DNA from: Eledone cirrhosa
Taxonomy: Eukaryota
Direction: 5' to 3'
NCBI GenBank assembly: GCA_964016885.1
Contig: OZ024740.1
Location: 385,888,001 to 385,952,000, forward strand
Length of the DNA stretch: 64,000 nucleotides
In this document: one piece after another, positions 22,863-35,478 of the stretch
How positions within the stretch are numbered: the first letter of the stretch is position 1
Layout of the letters: the number at the start of each line of letters is the position of its first letter
Position numbers and translations under genes: made by a program
The notes under the pieces: model-generated
Seen by the model: the letters and a program-made list of their open reading frames with translations, nothing else
Told to the model about the DNA's origin: nothing
Databases searched by the model: none

Positions 22863-23088
22863 GAACAGATTAAAGTTTAAGCAAAGAATCGCTGCTTTCA
22901 CCCTTAACAGCATTTTCTGAAACTCGGAAGATCCTGTTAAGGGTGAAAGCAGCGATTCTTTGCTTAAACTTTAAACTGTTCTTATAATAAATATTTGCAC
23001 TATGGGTTTATATATATATATATCATATCATATATATATAATCCTTATTGAGCCCTCTTCAGATTTTAGTCCCCACATTTATTATTAC

Positions 23089-23128
<40 letters not shown>

Positions 23129-23214
23129 GACCCATGAACAGCTCAACGCAGTTGTCTCCTACTAAATTTATATCACAAGATATCAGTCAACATGAGGCTA
23201 CAGTAGAAGACACC

Positions 23215-23434
23215 TGTCCTAGATGTCAGAGAGTGGGATTGACATCTGAACTACATGGTTGTGAAATAAATTTCTTACCACATCTCCATGTCCTAGATGT
23301 CACAGAGTGGGATTGACATCTGAACTACATGGTTGTGAAATAAACTTCTTACCACATCTCCATGTCCTAGATGTCACAGTATGGGATTGACTCCTGAACT
23401 ACATGGTTGTGAAATAAACTTCTTACCACACATC
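23215..23434. repeat. 3 x 74-bp tandem repeat, derived from a degraded SINE head
   Basis: TGTCCTAGATGTCA starts at 23215, 23289 and 23363. Confidence 0.9.
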
Positions 23435-26061
23435 TATTCTTATACCTATACAATATCATTATCATTTTTATGTTTACATTCTATATTTTTATTCTAACAT
23501 GGGTTGAACTTCTTAGGTAAGGTGGTGAACTGCTAGAGTTGCTAGATCATCAGATAGAATGCTTTACAGTATTTGTTCTGGTTCTCTTTACTCAGGGTTC
23601 AAAGCTTGCTGAGGTCAACTTTGCCCTTCATCCTTTCAAGGTTGACAAAAAAAGTACCAGTCCATTACTGGGGTTCATACTTTCTCTACATCTTTTTCTC
23701 ATTATTTTTCTTTTTCTCTGGAAGAAATTGGCTGTGTTCAGGTCTGGAGAGGGGTTCAGCTCAGCCATTTAAAAATGTGAAAATGTGCTGTATGCCATTA
23801 TTGTGATTTATGACTCCATGAGGAGTTACAAGTCCATACTTATTTACCCTCTTAGGTCAGAAGACGATGTCTAACTTGTACATTCCATTTTTTACATGGC
23901 TTCTATGGCTAGATGCAATGCCTAATGGCAACCACTTTTCAGTGCATGTTGGGTGCATTTTCTCATAACAGCAGCACAACAAGACTAAAGAATCCCTTCT
24001 ACACTACAGAACCACTGTTCTTTCCAGGAATATGTGACTGAAAATGTGAATAGAAAGGGAATGATGGCCAAATGGTTGTAAGAGAAGAGATTATGAGGGT
24101 GATAGGAGAAAGAGATAGTGATAGCTACATGCTGATTATTTCTTGTTGATAAACAAAAACAAATGTTATATAAGAGAGTGGTAGATTTTAGGTAAGATTC
24201 ACATAGGGGATATGAACAAAAATAATTAATAGACTATTGCATATGAAATTGATGGTTGCTTGACATGATTACAAGGCTAGAAATTTTATCCATGAGAATA
24301 TACTAGGTATCATCAGACTGAAAATATGTATATAAAAAAAAGTAATATGGTGGGTTAATTGGACATTTACTGAATAAATATCTCAGTGACCAGAAAACAA
24401 GATAGAAACTGAATAAAAAATGTATTATGATTCCAAGAATGTGAAAGACTCTTCTAGGATCATGACTGGTTCTAAAATACAAAACAGCCATATTAAAGTG
24501 TTCATATTTATCTAAAAGTCCGCTATTATAATTGTTTCTACTTTTGGCACAAGGCCAGCAATTATCCAGTGCATTACTGGTGCTTTATTTTATCGACCTG
24601 TAAGGATGAAAGGCAAAGTTAACCTCCTCGGCGGGATTTGAACTCTGAATGGCAAGGGCTGTAACTCTATGCGTCAAAGCACGGCGTCCAACCCTCTACC
24701 GATACTGCCAATCCACCAATCTTTGATTTGTTTCAAACACCAGCCTAATAATTGTTTCTACTTTTGGCACAAGGCCTGCAATTATCCCAGTACATTACTG
24801 GTACTTTTTTTATCGACCCCGTAAGGATGAAAGGTAAAGTGAACCTAATAATATGAAAAGTTTACTAAATCTTTCCAAAATCTTGTTATTTTCAAAATTA
24901 TTTGAAAATTATAGACAGTGGCTTCATTAAAAATAGGATAATGAAACAGTTATTTGAGAAGCAAATGGTTGATAAGTAAAAATAGCAGGATACTGATTTT
25001 ATGTGATATCTCATACCAGCAAATATCATTAATATATCTTGTGTTAGGCACCTGTGAAATGGTTCATATTTTTCTTCAAAATTCTTTATCTATCCAATTT
25101 AAAACGTAAAACAAATATAAAAAAATAAAAAATAAATTTTTAATGTTATATCAAAGACACAGCAGCCTCCCTAGTATTGGTACCATGATAAAATGCACCC
25201 AGTGCACTACAGGAATGTAAGTGAGATGCAGCCTCAGCTGGTGTGCATGGCCAGTAGCACTGATTAAGTACTGCCTTGGTCTTTGATGACCCATCCAACT
25301 CTTGCTCAAAGGAAAACATGTTAAATGATGATGATGAATATAGGTTCAGGCATAGCTGTGTAACTAAAAAATTCACTTGCTCAAGATTCTACACAGTGTA
25401 ACTGAACACAAAACCACATGTTTAAGAAGCTCTCTTCTCAACCGTGTGATTTTGGGTTTGTTCCTACTGCATGGAACCTTGGGCAAATGTCTTTTACTAT
25501 AGCCTTGGTTTGATCAATGCCTTGTAATTAAAATTTGGTTGACAGAAACTGTGCAATGCCCATCACACATATATGTGATGATGATGAGAATGATGTCTGT
25601 TTCTCCATCTACAGTGATTTGTTTACACTCTGTAACTTAGTGGTTCGACAAATAGAAATCAATGAAAGTGCTAGTCAAGTTATAGGCTCGATTTATATCA
25701 ACTTTCCTCTGGTCTTGTGTCTAAATTAGAAACTATTATTGTTGTTGTTGTTTAAAATAATAAAGTTTCTATTTTTGGAATAAGGCCAGCAATTTGAAAG
25801 GGAACAGGAAAATCGAATAAATCAATTTCAGTGCATTACTGGTACTTTAGTAATAGTAATAATAGTAATAATATTTTGCTAAGGTTAGCTTTGCTTTTCA
25901 TCCTTATGGGGTCGATAAAATAAAGTACCAGTAATGCACTGGGGTCAATTTAATCGACTTTCCCCTTCCCAAAAATTGTTGACCTTGTGCCTAAATCAGA
26001 AACCAATATTTTTTTAATTACAAGCTGTTTGTAATACATTAAAATGTTTGCTATTTTACAG

Positions 26062-26132
26062 AACCAGAAGATTCACCACAGAATGTAAAAGTGGTAGCTC
26101 TGTCTACAAACTCAGTCAATGTTACTTGGCAG
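26062..26132 (+). CDS. Sdk: Sidekick exon 6 (FN3-10 start)
   Basis: tacAG|..|GTaagg; 71 nt, phase 1 to 0; KPEDSPQNVKVVALSTNSVNVTWQ. Confidence 0.9.
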
Positions 26133-28120
26133 GTAAGGAGGATTGAACATCATATAATATTAATTTACTTCAATCATTGTTTTGTAATGTTAACATGTTT
26201 TTTTTTGGGGGGGGGGGGACTTTTTATTCATTATCATCACCATTATGGAAAGATGCCAAAGTGTGTTATTTCCAGTTCTCGAAACAATAATGTTTCACTT
26301 TCATTATTGATATTATTTCAGATCCTGCCGAGGTTAGCTTTGCCTTTCATTCATACAGAGTTGATAAAATAAAGCACCAGTAATGTACTAGCAATTTCTG
26401 TTTTAAGGTCTATGCCCCCTAACTATGACTACAGTCATGACATTAATTATAATATCAAGTCTGTGCTCTGTTTTATAATGAAGTCCCATAGTATCTACGG
26501 TTTGTGTCTGTCATAAAGCACAGTTGTGAAAGTACATACAGACCTTGTTATGTCTTCTTTTATACTCTTATGTGAGTGATATTTTCTGGATTAACTCAAC
26601 ACAGACAATAAATACCTTTTGTCACCAACTTTGTACTTGAACCAGCTTTATCTTGAACTGAGATCAGCAGTGCTTCAGTCTCCCTTTTAGATCACTGTAG
26701 GAAAGCCAATCACAAAACTTTTCAGTTTTTAATTGAGATGTTTGTCATTCAAATTGGCCGTGTAATGTTTTCCAATTACTCTACTACATGGTCCAACCTC
26801 TCTATTATATGTTCTAGTGAACAGGCCATGCCATGCTGGGGCACCGTCATTGATGCTACATTTTCTATGCCAGCCTTCCCTGGTTGGCCATTGATGGGAG
26901 TATGTTGCTGCTACTCTTATTTGCGCTTCGCCTCATGCTGTGGGTTTCTCCAGGTTCATCCGGGATATACTTCTCTTTTCTCCACAATGACCCATCTTTC
27001 CCATTACTGCTGTGGCATACTGTAAAAACCTTCTGTTGCTATTTATCAGCTGGTAATTAATGATCTGACTCTTACTCTCAACACATTCTGTAACACTAAT
27101 CAGCTCTCAGCCTCCAATTGTGCATTCCATGTTTAGCTGGTTTACACTTGTTTCTGGATGTAATGCTTTATGCATGATCATCATTTTTATTCTTCTGGGG
27201 CCTAGCTCACCAACTTGAGCCTTAGTAAACTTGAGGAATTCATCTATGTGCCATATCATAGACAAAGCTTAAGTGTATACAGCAAGGATCAAGTTTCTTG
27301 TATGCAGTTTGTATTTAAGAAGTTTTAGCCTGTACAGATATATATTTGTTTACATTGTCTTTCATTGTTCCATACAATGCCTCAAATCTCTTGGCCTTCT
27401 AGATATTTATAGCTACTATTACTTCCACTGCCACCCCCTTTTTTTCACATTCACAACTGCACATTTTGTTATGCCAAAACTATAAACATTGTCTGGTATA
27501 TGCCATCCTGCAAAAGCTGTAGAATTTGTTCCCTTTCTATTTTTTTCTGTGTTGTCACCATTATTTAACTTAATAGGGCAGTGGATTGGCAGTATCGCTA
27601 GAGGGTCAGATGCCATGCTTTGACACATAAAGTTATGGCCCTTGCCATTCTGAGTTCAAATCCTGCCGAGGTTAACTTTGCCTTTCATCCTTACGGGGTC
27701 GATAAAATAAAGTATCAGTAATACACTGGGTAATTGCTGGCCTTGTGCCAAAATTAGAAACAATTATTTAACTTAATAGTATTCAGCTGCATCTCTGTCA
27801 TACATAACATGCTTTGTGGATATTACATATGTAGCCCAGAGATATGCTCTTTCTGTAAATCATTACACAATGATAAGAATTAACACTGTAATAATTTAGC
27901 ATAAAATATCTGGAAATAGGTTTGTTAATTTAAATGTTTACAGTATTTTTACTGGTAGACAAATTATTCTGGAAATTCCTAGTTTTAAAGTAAAATCTTA
28001 ATTTTTAATGCAATAGAGTTATAGTGTTAAGAATGTTTTATTAATGTGATACAATACATTGTTAATCCAACAGTCTGAAGTGTCTGTCATTGTAATACTG
28101 ACAGTATATTCATACACACA

Positions 28121-28167
<47 letters not shown>

Positions 28168-30195
28168 ACTTGTGTGAGTGTTTTATACAATCAGTACAGG
28201 CTGAGAACTAAAATGTTCCTTCTGCAGAAGTTGTTTTGAATATATTCATTGATTCTGCTTTGGTATATTGAATATATGTTTATATATTTAACCCATGCTA
28301 GTGTGGAAAATGGACGTTAAACGATGATGATGATGATGATGATGATGATATTTATAATAATATCATTAACCTGCTATTGTAAACATTGTCAAAAAACAGA
28401 ACTTGTAGATCTAGTCTATATTTAAACCTAATCACTGGCTTCTAATTTAAGCTGAATGTAGGAGATATTCACAGTTTATTGATTTTAGCACTCTGTCTAC
28501 ATGCATGGTCCCATAACTCCTGAAGGAGTTGTAGGGGTGGCATATTGATATACAGTGTTTCTATGGCATTTTTAAACCTGCCAGTGCCCAATCATCTCAG
28601 TGTCTGAATACAGATGATTTCTTCCAAAGAAGGAAAGAGAGAGTGAGAGAATTGAAGTAAGAAAGATATATAGTGGAAGAATCGACCCCCGTACTAGACT
28701 GCTACTTTTTTTATCAACCTCAATTTGATGAAAGGCAAAGTTGACCTCGGTGGGATTTGAACTCAGAGAGCAGAGAGTCAAAACGAATACCACAAAGCAT
28801 TCTATCTGATGTTCTAATGACTCTGCCAATTTGCTGCCTATGCTCAGACTATAAACAATAAAAGTAATTTTTCTTCTTATGGAGTCTGCTGGGTGGTGGG
28901 GAAAAGTTTAGTGAAAGCAGGGCCACAATGTGAACTCTTATTTCTTGACTTCAGTAAAAGTAATTGACTTAATTTGAAGACAGGGTGGCAGTGAACTAGA
29001 TTTTACTTAAGGGACATAGTATCCATAAAGTAGAAGATACTTGCTAAAAGTAACATGCAGTGAGATCAAACCCAGAATTACATGATTGCAAAGCAAATTC
29101 CTCAATGACACAATCATACTATATATTTAACACTTTTTAGTGACACTGAGATTAGGATGTTAGCCTACTACCCACTTGATAGTTTAGTTAAAACCTTCAC
29201 TACATCTATTGAGTTATGTCTATGTGTAAGGTTGATTACCCTGCTTGGCTAACAAGTATTACTCTGATTTCACAGTTGAATTAGTAAGAAAACTACCAAC
29301 CATTTCTTGTTCTAAACAGTATGCAAAAACATTTAAGGAGAAACAGGGAAAAAAATTGTCTCACCACTACCATAGAAAATGGCGCCTGATGATCATGATG
29401 AGTCTGACACTGCATCTTTTCCTAACAATCTTTCCAAGAGTAAACATACTATAGACACTACATTTGAATTAACAAGCCATTTTTAGGTATTTTCTGCTAA
29501 ATCATTTACAGGATGCATGGAAAAGTCATTTTAGCCATTTAAAAATACACAAAAATTATTAACTTTATTTTGTCAAAATTTATGTTATATTGTAAAAAAA
29601 AATTTTTTGGCACCAAATAATAAATGATATATATAAGGTAAAGTCCTAGTGTTTTCAAATAGCTAAAGTGACTCTTACATGCAGTAATGATCTTAGTTTC
29701 AACTGCTGATCTCAGATCAAGTCACTTGCTGGACAAGCACAACTCCAACAATATAAGATGTTAAGAGTTAATCATTGCTGGCATAGTTGCTGACCCTTTT
29801 ACTTTAATATAACATGCCCTATTCTAAATATGTTATCACTAATTTGTTCCTTTCACTCCAGAGTACTCTACGTTTCTCCTTAGCACACTGGATCACCTGT
29901 CCAAATTATTTACAGGGTTAATCTTTCCATAAATCTTGAGAGTTTCATTGGGGTGTGTGTGATTCTGCTTTCTATAGCATGAAGTAGATGAGAGAGAAAT
30001 CTCTCCTTAGATAGGATGTTAGTCTATCTAAGATAATTTTCTCCTCAATTTCATAGTAATAGTAAAACACTGCTGCAGATTTGAACTCACAAAACATGAT
30101 TTGTTTGTTTAGTATCATATTGACTTGAATATATCCTCTCTACTCTACAGGATATTGAAATATCGTATAATTGTTTTGACTATAATCTTTTACAG

Positions 30196-30430
30196 CCACC
30201 GCCTAAAAGTTCCTGGAATGGCATACTGGATGGGTACATTGTTGAATATTGTAAAGAAAATAAGGCAGAATTCAAAGTCAAAGTACCATTTGATCCTAAT
30301 TCAAACACAATATGGAAAGAGCTCACAGACTTAGACAAGTTTGTAACATATGAATTTCGTATTTTGGCCTACAACAAGAAAGGAAATGGACCAACTAGCA
30401 AACCTGTTATGTATTTTGTAGGTTATGCAC
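30196..30430 (+). CDS. Sdk: Sidekick exon 7 (FN3-10 remainder)
   Basis: tacAG|..|GTaagt; 235 nt, phase 0 to 1; PPPKSSWNGILDGYIVEY...LDKFVTYEFRILAYNKKGNGPTSKPVMYFVGYA. Confidence 0.92.
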
Positions 30431-31143
30431 GTAAGTTTTGTTTGAGACAATATTACTTAATGTTTTTTCCTTGTTGCTGTTGTAGAGCTACCTCCATCAG
30501 TTAGCTCTGGCTAAGCAAGTTTAGAGTATAATGGTAACCAATTAAATGTTCACAGACCTTTCATAAATATTTTAACGGTTCCTAGCAATCTTTATTATGC
30601 CTATCATTAATCAGCACAATAAGGTGGTATTGCTGAGGCCACAACAAAAAGCACTCAGTCGACCCTGTAAGGTGGTAGTGCTGGTGCCATAACAAAAAAT
30701 ATCCAATCCAACCTGTAAGGTGGTAGTGCCAATGTCACAATAAAATGCTCCCAGTACATGCTATAAAGTGGTTGGCATTAGGAAGGGCATCCAGCCATAG
30801 AAACCAAGCCTAAAATGTGTCTAGTACATGACAACCTATCTAACCCCTACAAACATGGAAAATTGATGTTAAACTGTGATGATGATCTATGGCTACTACT
30901 CCGTGCAGATCACTTGACAAAGTAGATCTTGTTCATGTTTATATACTTGCAATTTCTGTTGTTATTATTGCAAAGGCAGAAAAGGGTGGATTGGAAATAT
31001 GGTACTGAAAGGGTTGAATTATACCCAGCTTTAGAAAGTCATGAATTTATGCCTATTTAAAGAATCATTTGCTTTGTTTTTTATTGTATTATTTACTGAA
31101 GTTAAATATGTTTTTCTTTCTTTTTCATTATCAATGACTTCAG

Positions 31144-31259
31144 CTCCAGCAGCCGCACCATTGAATGTTACTGCTGTTGCTGTAAATGGTTCAGAAATCA
31201 ATGTTTCATGGTCACCACCTCTGAAAAGGGATCAAAATGGCGAAATATCTGGCTATAAA
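31144..31259 (+). CDS. Sdk: Sidekick exon 8 (FN3-11, N-half)
   Basis: ttcAG|..|GTaagt; 116 nt, phase 1 to 0; PPAAAPLNVTAVAVNGSEINVSWSPPLKRDQNGEISGYK. Confidence 0.92.
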
Positions 31260-31899
31260 GTAAGTTATTACCATTGTAAAGCAGCCTCAAACTATATTAC
31301 ATGTATTCCAATAATAACCATACTCCCAGTTTGATATGCATTGTAAATACAAATACTAAAATGAAAACACTATGGATTCATAAATTCATGTGAATTTATC
31401 TCTTTTGTGACCATATTTCTAATTTTGAGGTATTTACTAAAATGATTAGTCATTTCATTACTAAGTAACTTAACATATGCTTCATTTATAAAATTATTTT
31501 GAAATATGTTAATATACATAGGAACCCTTTGAAAGGGAAGACTTTGTTTCATATGACCAGACCTAGTTTTGCGTGGGTTGGTATCAAATGGGTTAAAGTA
31601 CAAATCTACATACATCCTTATTTTCGACTATAAATAAATACACTAAAAATACATGTAATGTGTAACAGGTTCCTATCTGAGTTCAAACCAGGAACCTCTC
31701 ACTTGATCTCTCATTGCACTCAGAAAAAAGATACAGGCACTGAAATACAATGAAATATAAATTGTTCTGCTAAAAGTAAACAACATTGAAGGGAGGTAGG
31801 CGTAAAAGCCAAACACACTATCTTCAATTCGGTATTTGTGCCACCCCTTACATATGGTCATGAATCTTGGGTAATACAATCACGAATAGAATCACGAAT

Positions 31900-32240
31900 A
31901 CAAGCAGCTAAGATTGGGTTCCTTCGAAGGGTCTTTGAAGTAACATTACTCGATAGTGCATAGATTGGAGATGAGAGAGTCACTCCTGGTAGAACCACTA
32001 CCTTTCCGAATTGAGAGATCACAGCTTCGATATTATGGACATGTGGTTAGAATGTCTCAGTAAAGAATCACTGGTCAGATTTTACGGGCAAAACCAACCA
32101 GCAGAAGATCCATGGGCTTGGTTTGTCCCGTTTGGGGATCCAGCCGGATCAATTGGAGAGGGTTGCTTCTGATAGGACCCGCTGGAAGGAGTGTTTGAGG
32201 TCTCTACCCCCACTACCCTCTCAGTAATAAGTGTGTGAAG
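31900..32240 (+). mobile_element. Old RTE (Rex3/Expander-like) 3' fragment; related pieces at 47090-47400(-), 49450-49790(-) and an EN fragment at 50380-50650(+)
   Basis: ESLLVEPLPFRIERSQLRYYGHVVRM; WNITTL...EEARCDQLDIVGVSSTK. Confidence 0.65.
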
Positions 32241-34129
32241 AAGTGACTGTTCCTTTGTTCAAAACCAGTCAAGCATAATTTCTAATCACGATATATATTA
32301 AGGCTGCTACAAGGTTGACTGTACACACAGTATGAACATCCTGTGACATTAATTATTTGAAGTATAGGTAGAGAGTCAGACACCATGCTTTGCAGCATAG
32401 AGTTATGGCCCTTTATGATCTGAGTTCAAATCCCGCCGAAGTTAACTTTGCCTTTCATCCTTACGGGGTCGATAAAATAAAGTACCAGTCACGCACTGGA
32501 GTTGATTTAATCGACTTTCCCCTCCCCCCAAAATTACTAGTTTTGTGCCTATATAAGAAACCATTAATGATTTGAAGTAATTGTACTCTTGTATTGAAAT
32601 GATAAACGTTTTTTTTTATACATATAATTTTGTTTTTGTTTTTTACACACAGAAATGCCCATTTGTACCATCCTGTACTGTCCTTAATGTTATACTTTAT
32701 GTCAACCCTTGTGGTTAATAAAGAAAGCATTATTACCAAATAAAAATAAAGAAATCATTATTATTATTATTATTAAGCAAAGAAATTATTATTTTTTATG
32801 TTTTGTCCTTGTTTGAATACCTTTCACACCAACATGTACACAAATTTAATTTCGATTGAAATCAATATATTTATGCACTTATGTTCATACACACAGACTC
32901 ATATACACTCACAGATATTCACAAGTCACTAATAACCCTCTAACTGGTCACTTGGCATACTAGAAATAACAACCGTATCTCCCTCATATTACACCCTACT
33001 CTCTTAAAAAATGGACACATTTCATAATAGTCCTAGATGCACTGTATCTATTTTTTTAAAACATATGGAATGACCATTATTGAAACATCTTTGATCCTAA
33101 ATTTGCTTGGCCAGGACATACTTGGAACTAAACAGCAAGAAAGAACTTAGATAATCAAAAAGCTTATGGATACACAATTTTCTATTTGCAAAAATTATCT
33201 TACAAATTCAAGAAAATGTAATAGCTATTAAATGTAAAATACAAATAAATGTAAAATAGCAATGGGTATCTTTGTGCATGTGGTTTTAAGGCTTAAGGAG
33301 GGAGGGTAGCACACCTAATCATGCAGGATGTCTGGGACTGGTGATAACACAGGACCGAGACCTCTGGCATTACGCACTAATATGGAAGATCCAACTTTCC
33401 ATGGGCACAGGCCGTAGCTGAAGCATATATACAGTATGCCACCACCCCCTCCCACTGTAAAGTGGTCATGTAAGTGTCACAACAAAAAGCACCCAGTCCA
33501 CACTGTAAAGTGGTCGTGTAGGTGTCACAACAAGAAGCACCCAGTACTCACTGTAAATGAGGTTTGCATTAGGAAGAGCATCCAGCTGCAGAAATCAAGC
33601 CAAAATCAGTTCTGTATGAGCAAGAGATGGTCACCTAACCTGGCATTGCCCACAGCAGGAAAACTCGTCTAACCAATGCTAGTGTGGAAGAATGAACGTA
33701 AAACGATGTTGTTCATGATGATGGTGAAGATTAAAAAAATAAAACTATTTCTTAGGCCATTATTTCAATCCTTCTAAGTAGCCTAATTAGAACTCAGTGG
33801 ATGTGAGCAGGCTTGCCAATTAATAGGGTATTAACCCTTCATTAATATATTTCTAATAAAATACATTGCCTAAGTATATCAATTAATTTTGAAAATAATC
33901 CAAAATTTGGAGAAATTTTGGTAAATAATTAACGTTTTCATCAGTAAGCTGATGTTTGGAACATAACCTAATAAAACGTTATGTAAAATTATGCTGGAAG
34001 ATTTTATATAAGTATGAACAATTTGAAATAAACAGTTTTGTATCATAAAATGAGGGATGTTTGGTACCAAAAGAGTTGTATCTAATATTTAAAAGGATTA
34101 TACTTATATTTCCCTTTTCTTTTTTCTAG

Positions 34130-34313
34130 GTTATCTACCACCATATTTTCAAGAACAAGAGTATAGACAGAAAGGAAATAACTTCTTTAAACCAGCAAAT
34201 TTTCCTTAAAAAACTGAAAATGTATTCCCTATATTCTATATCTGTGTTGGCCTTCAATACTGCAGGTCAAGGTCCCAAAACAAAACTTGTTATTGTGCGC
34301 ACTAAACAAGGAG
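34130..34313 (+). CDS. Sdk: Sidekick exon 9 (FN3-11, C-half)
   Basis: tctAG|..|GTaaga; 184 nt, phase 0 to 1; VIYHH...LKKLKMYSLYSISVLAFNTAGQGPKTKLVIVRTKQG. Confidence 0.92.
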
Positions 34314-34436
34314 GTAAGATTTAGTTGTATCATTGCTAAACAACAACAACGAACTACATAGATATTCTTATTTGCCATGTAATGTTTGCATATATAAGTA
34401 TAGTTTATGATTTAAAAGCTGCCTAACTAAATAATG

Positions 34437-34497
<61 letters not shown>

Positions 34498-34635
34498 TAG
34501 AAAGTGAGGTTTTTTTTACAAAATGAAAAATAACCGAGGTGTCCTACACGAGTGAAAGTATAAAGAAAAAGAGATGAAATCGAAAATGCAACTGGAGTCT
34601 TATTTTTTTTTTTAAATATATATATTTATTTGGTT

Positions 34636-34673
34636 CCTTTACCGGTTTCGCAGTTCTTCTGCTTTTCAAAAGG
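34636..34673 (-). ncRNA. Minimal hammerhead ribozyme with U3-A8 core variant
   Basis: Minus strand CCTT-TTGAAAA-GCAG(AAGAA)CTGC-GAAA-CCGG-TA-AAGG: stems I and II are perfect, stem III is palindromic. Confidence 0.65.
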
Positions 34674-35243
34674 TGAGTTGAGATGGAGGGTCTGTGGTTT
34701 TTCTCACATCTCATATATATATATGGTTGCTCAGTTCTTTGAGGATGTTTGCATGAATTTAGCAAAAAACGCAAAGTCATGAAAGAAGAGCTTTATGGGT
34801 ATTACTTGGTTACATGATATATAAAATATAGAAAAAATTCTTTTTTCGCCTGCTTTCTAGCTAGCCTAATTTCATACACACTCCTTAGAATTTGCTGTAT
34901 AGAATTCACTTTCAATGCTTGACTGACTCTACTCACTCCCTCATTGTTCTACAGGCAAGTTCAGCCACTCCCACCCACCGCCATGAAAGATTAATTGTGT
35001 TTGCAAGAAATTTTGACCAATCCTCTTGACAACTACAATCTTCCCATATAAGGAATTACCCCTTGAAAAGTTTGGCTATTTATTACCAGCTAAAAATCTA
35101 ATTTAGTCCAGAAATAGCCGTCGAAACGGCTTGAGCTCTGCTTATGGTCCACCTGATTCCTTACCACACTTCCTTCATTATATATATTTTGTTTCTGAAT
35201 TTGTTTAGCAAGATTCTTTATCTGAAAACGTGTGTTGAAACCG

Positions 35244-35478
35244 ATATTGTTATGCTTTGGGAAAAGAAAATAATCTCCAGTCACTGAAGAGGTCACAGAA
35301 TGTGTGACGAAAGAACTTTGACAATATATGAACAATCGTCTGGTTGTTGAACCAACCAACCAACCGGAAATTTATAAATTCCTAAATTTCTAAATTTAAT
35401 TTATAATAAATTGAAGTGAAAGCAACTGGTGCGTGTGTTTCTTATTGGCAACATGATCCTCCCAAAGCATAACAATAT
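35244..35478 (+). mobile_element. Penelope-like pLTR remnant with inverted ends and a degenerate hammerhead (35280-35322)
   Basis: 19-bp perfect inverted repeat ATATTGTTATGCTTTGGGA (35244-35262 and 35460-35478); GTCA-CTGAAGA-G-GTCACA/TGTGAC-GAAA-GAAC-TT-TGAC. Confidence 0.55.
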
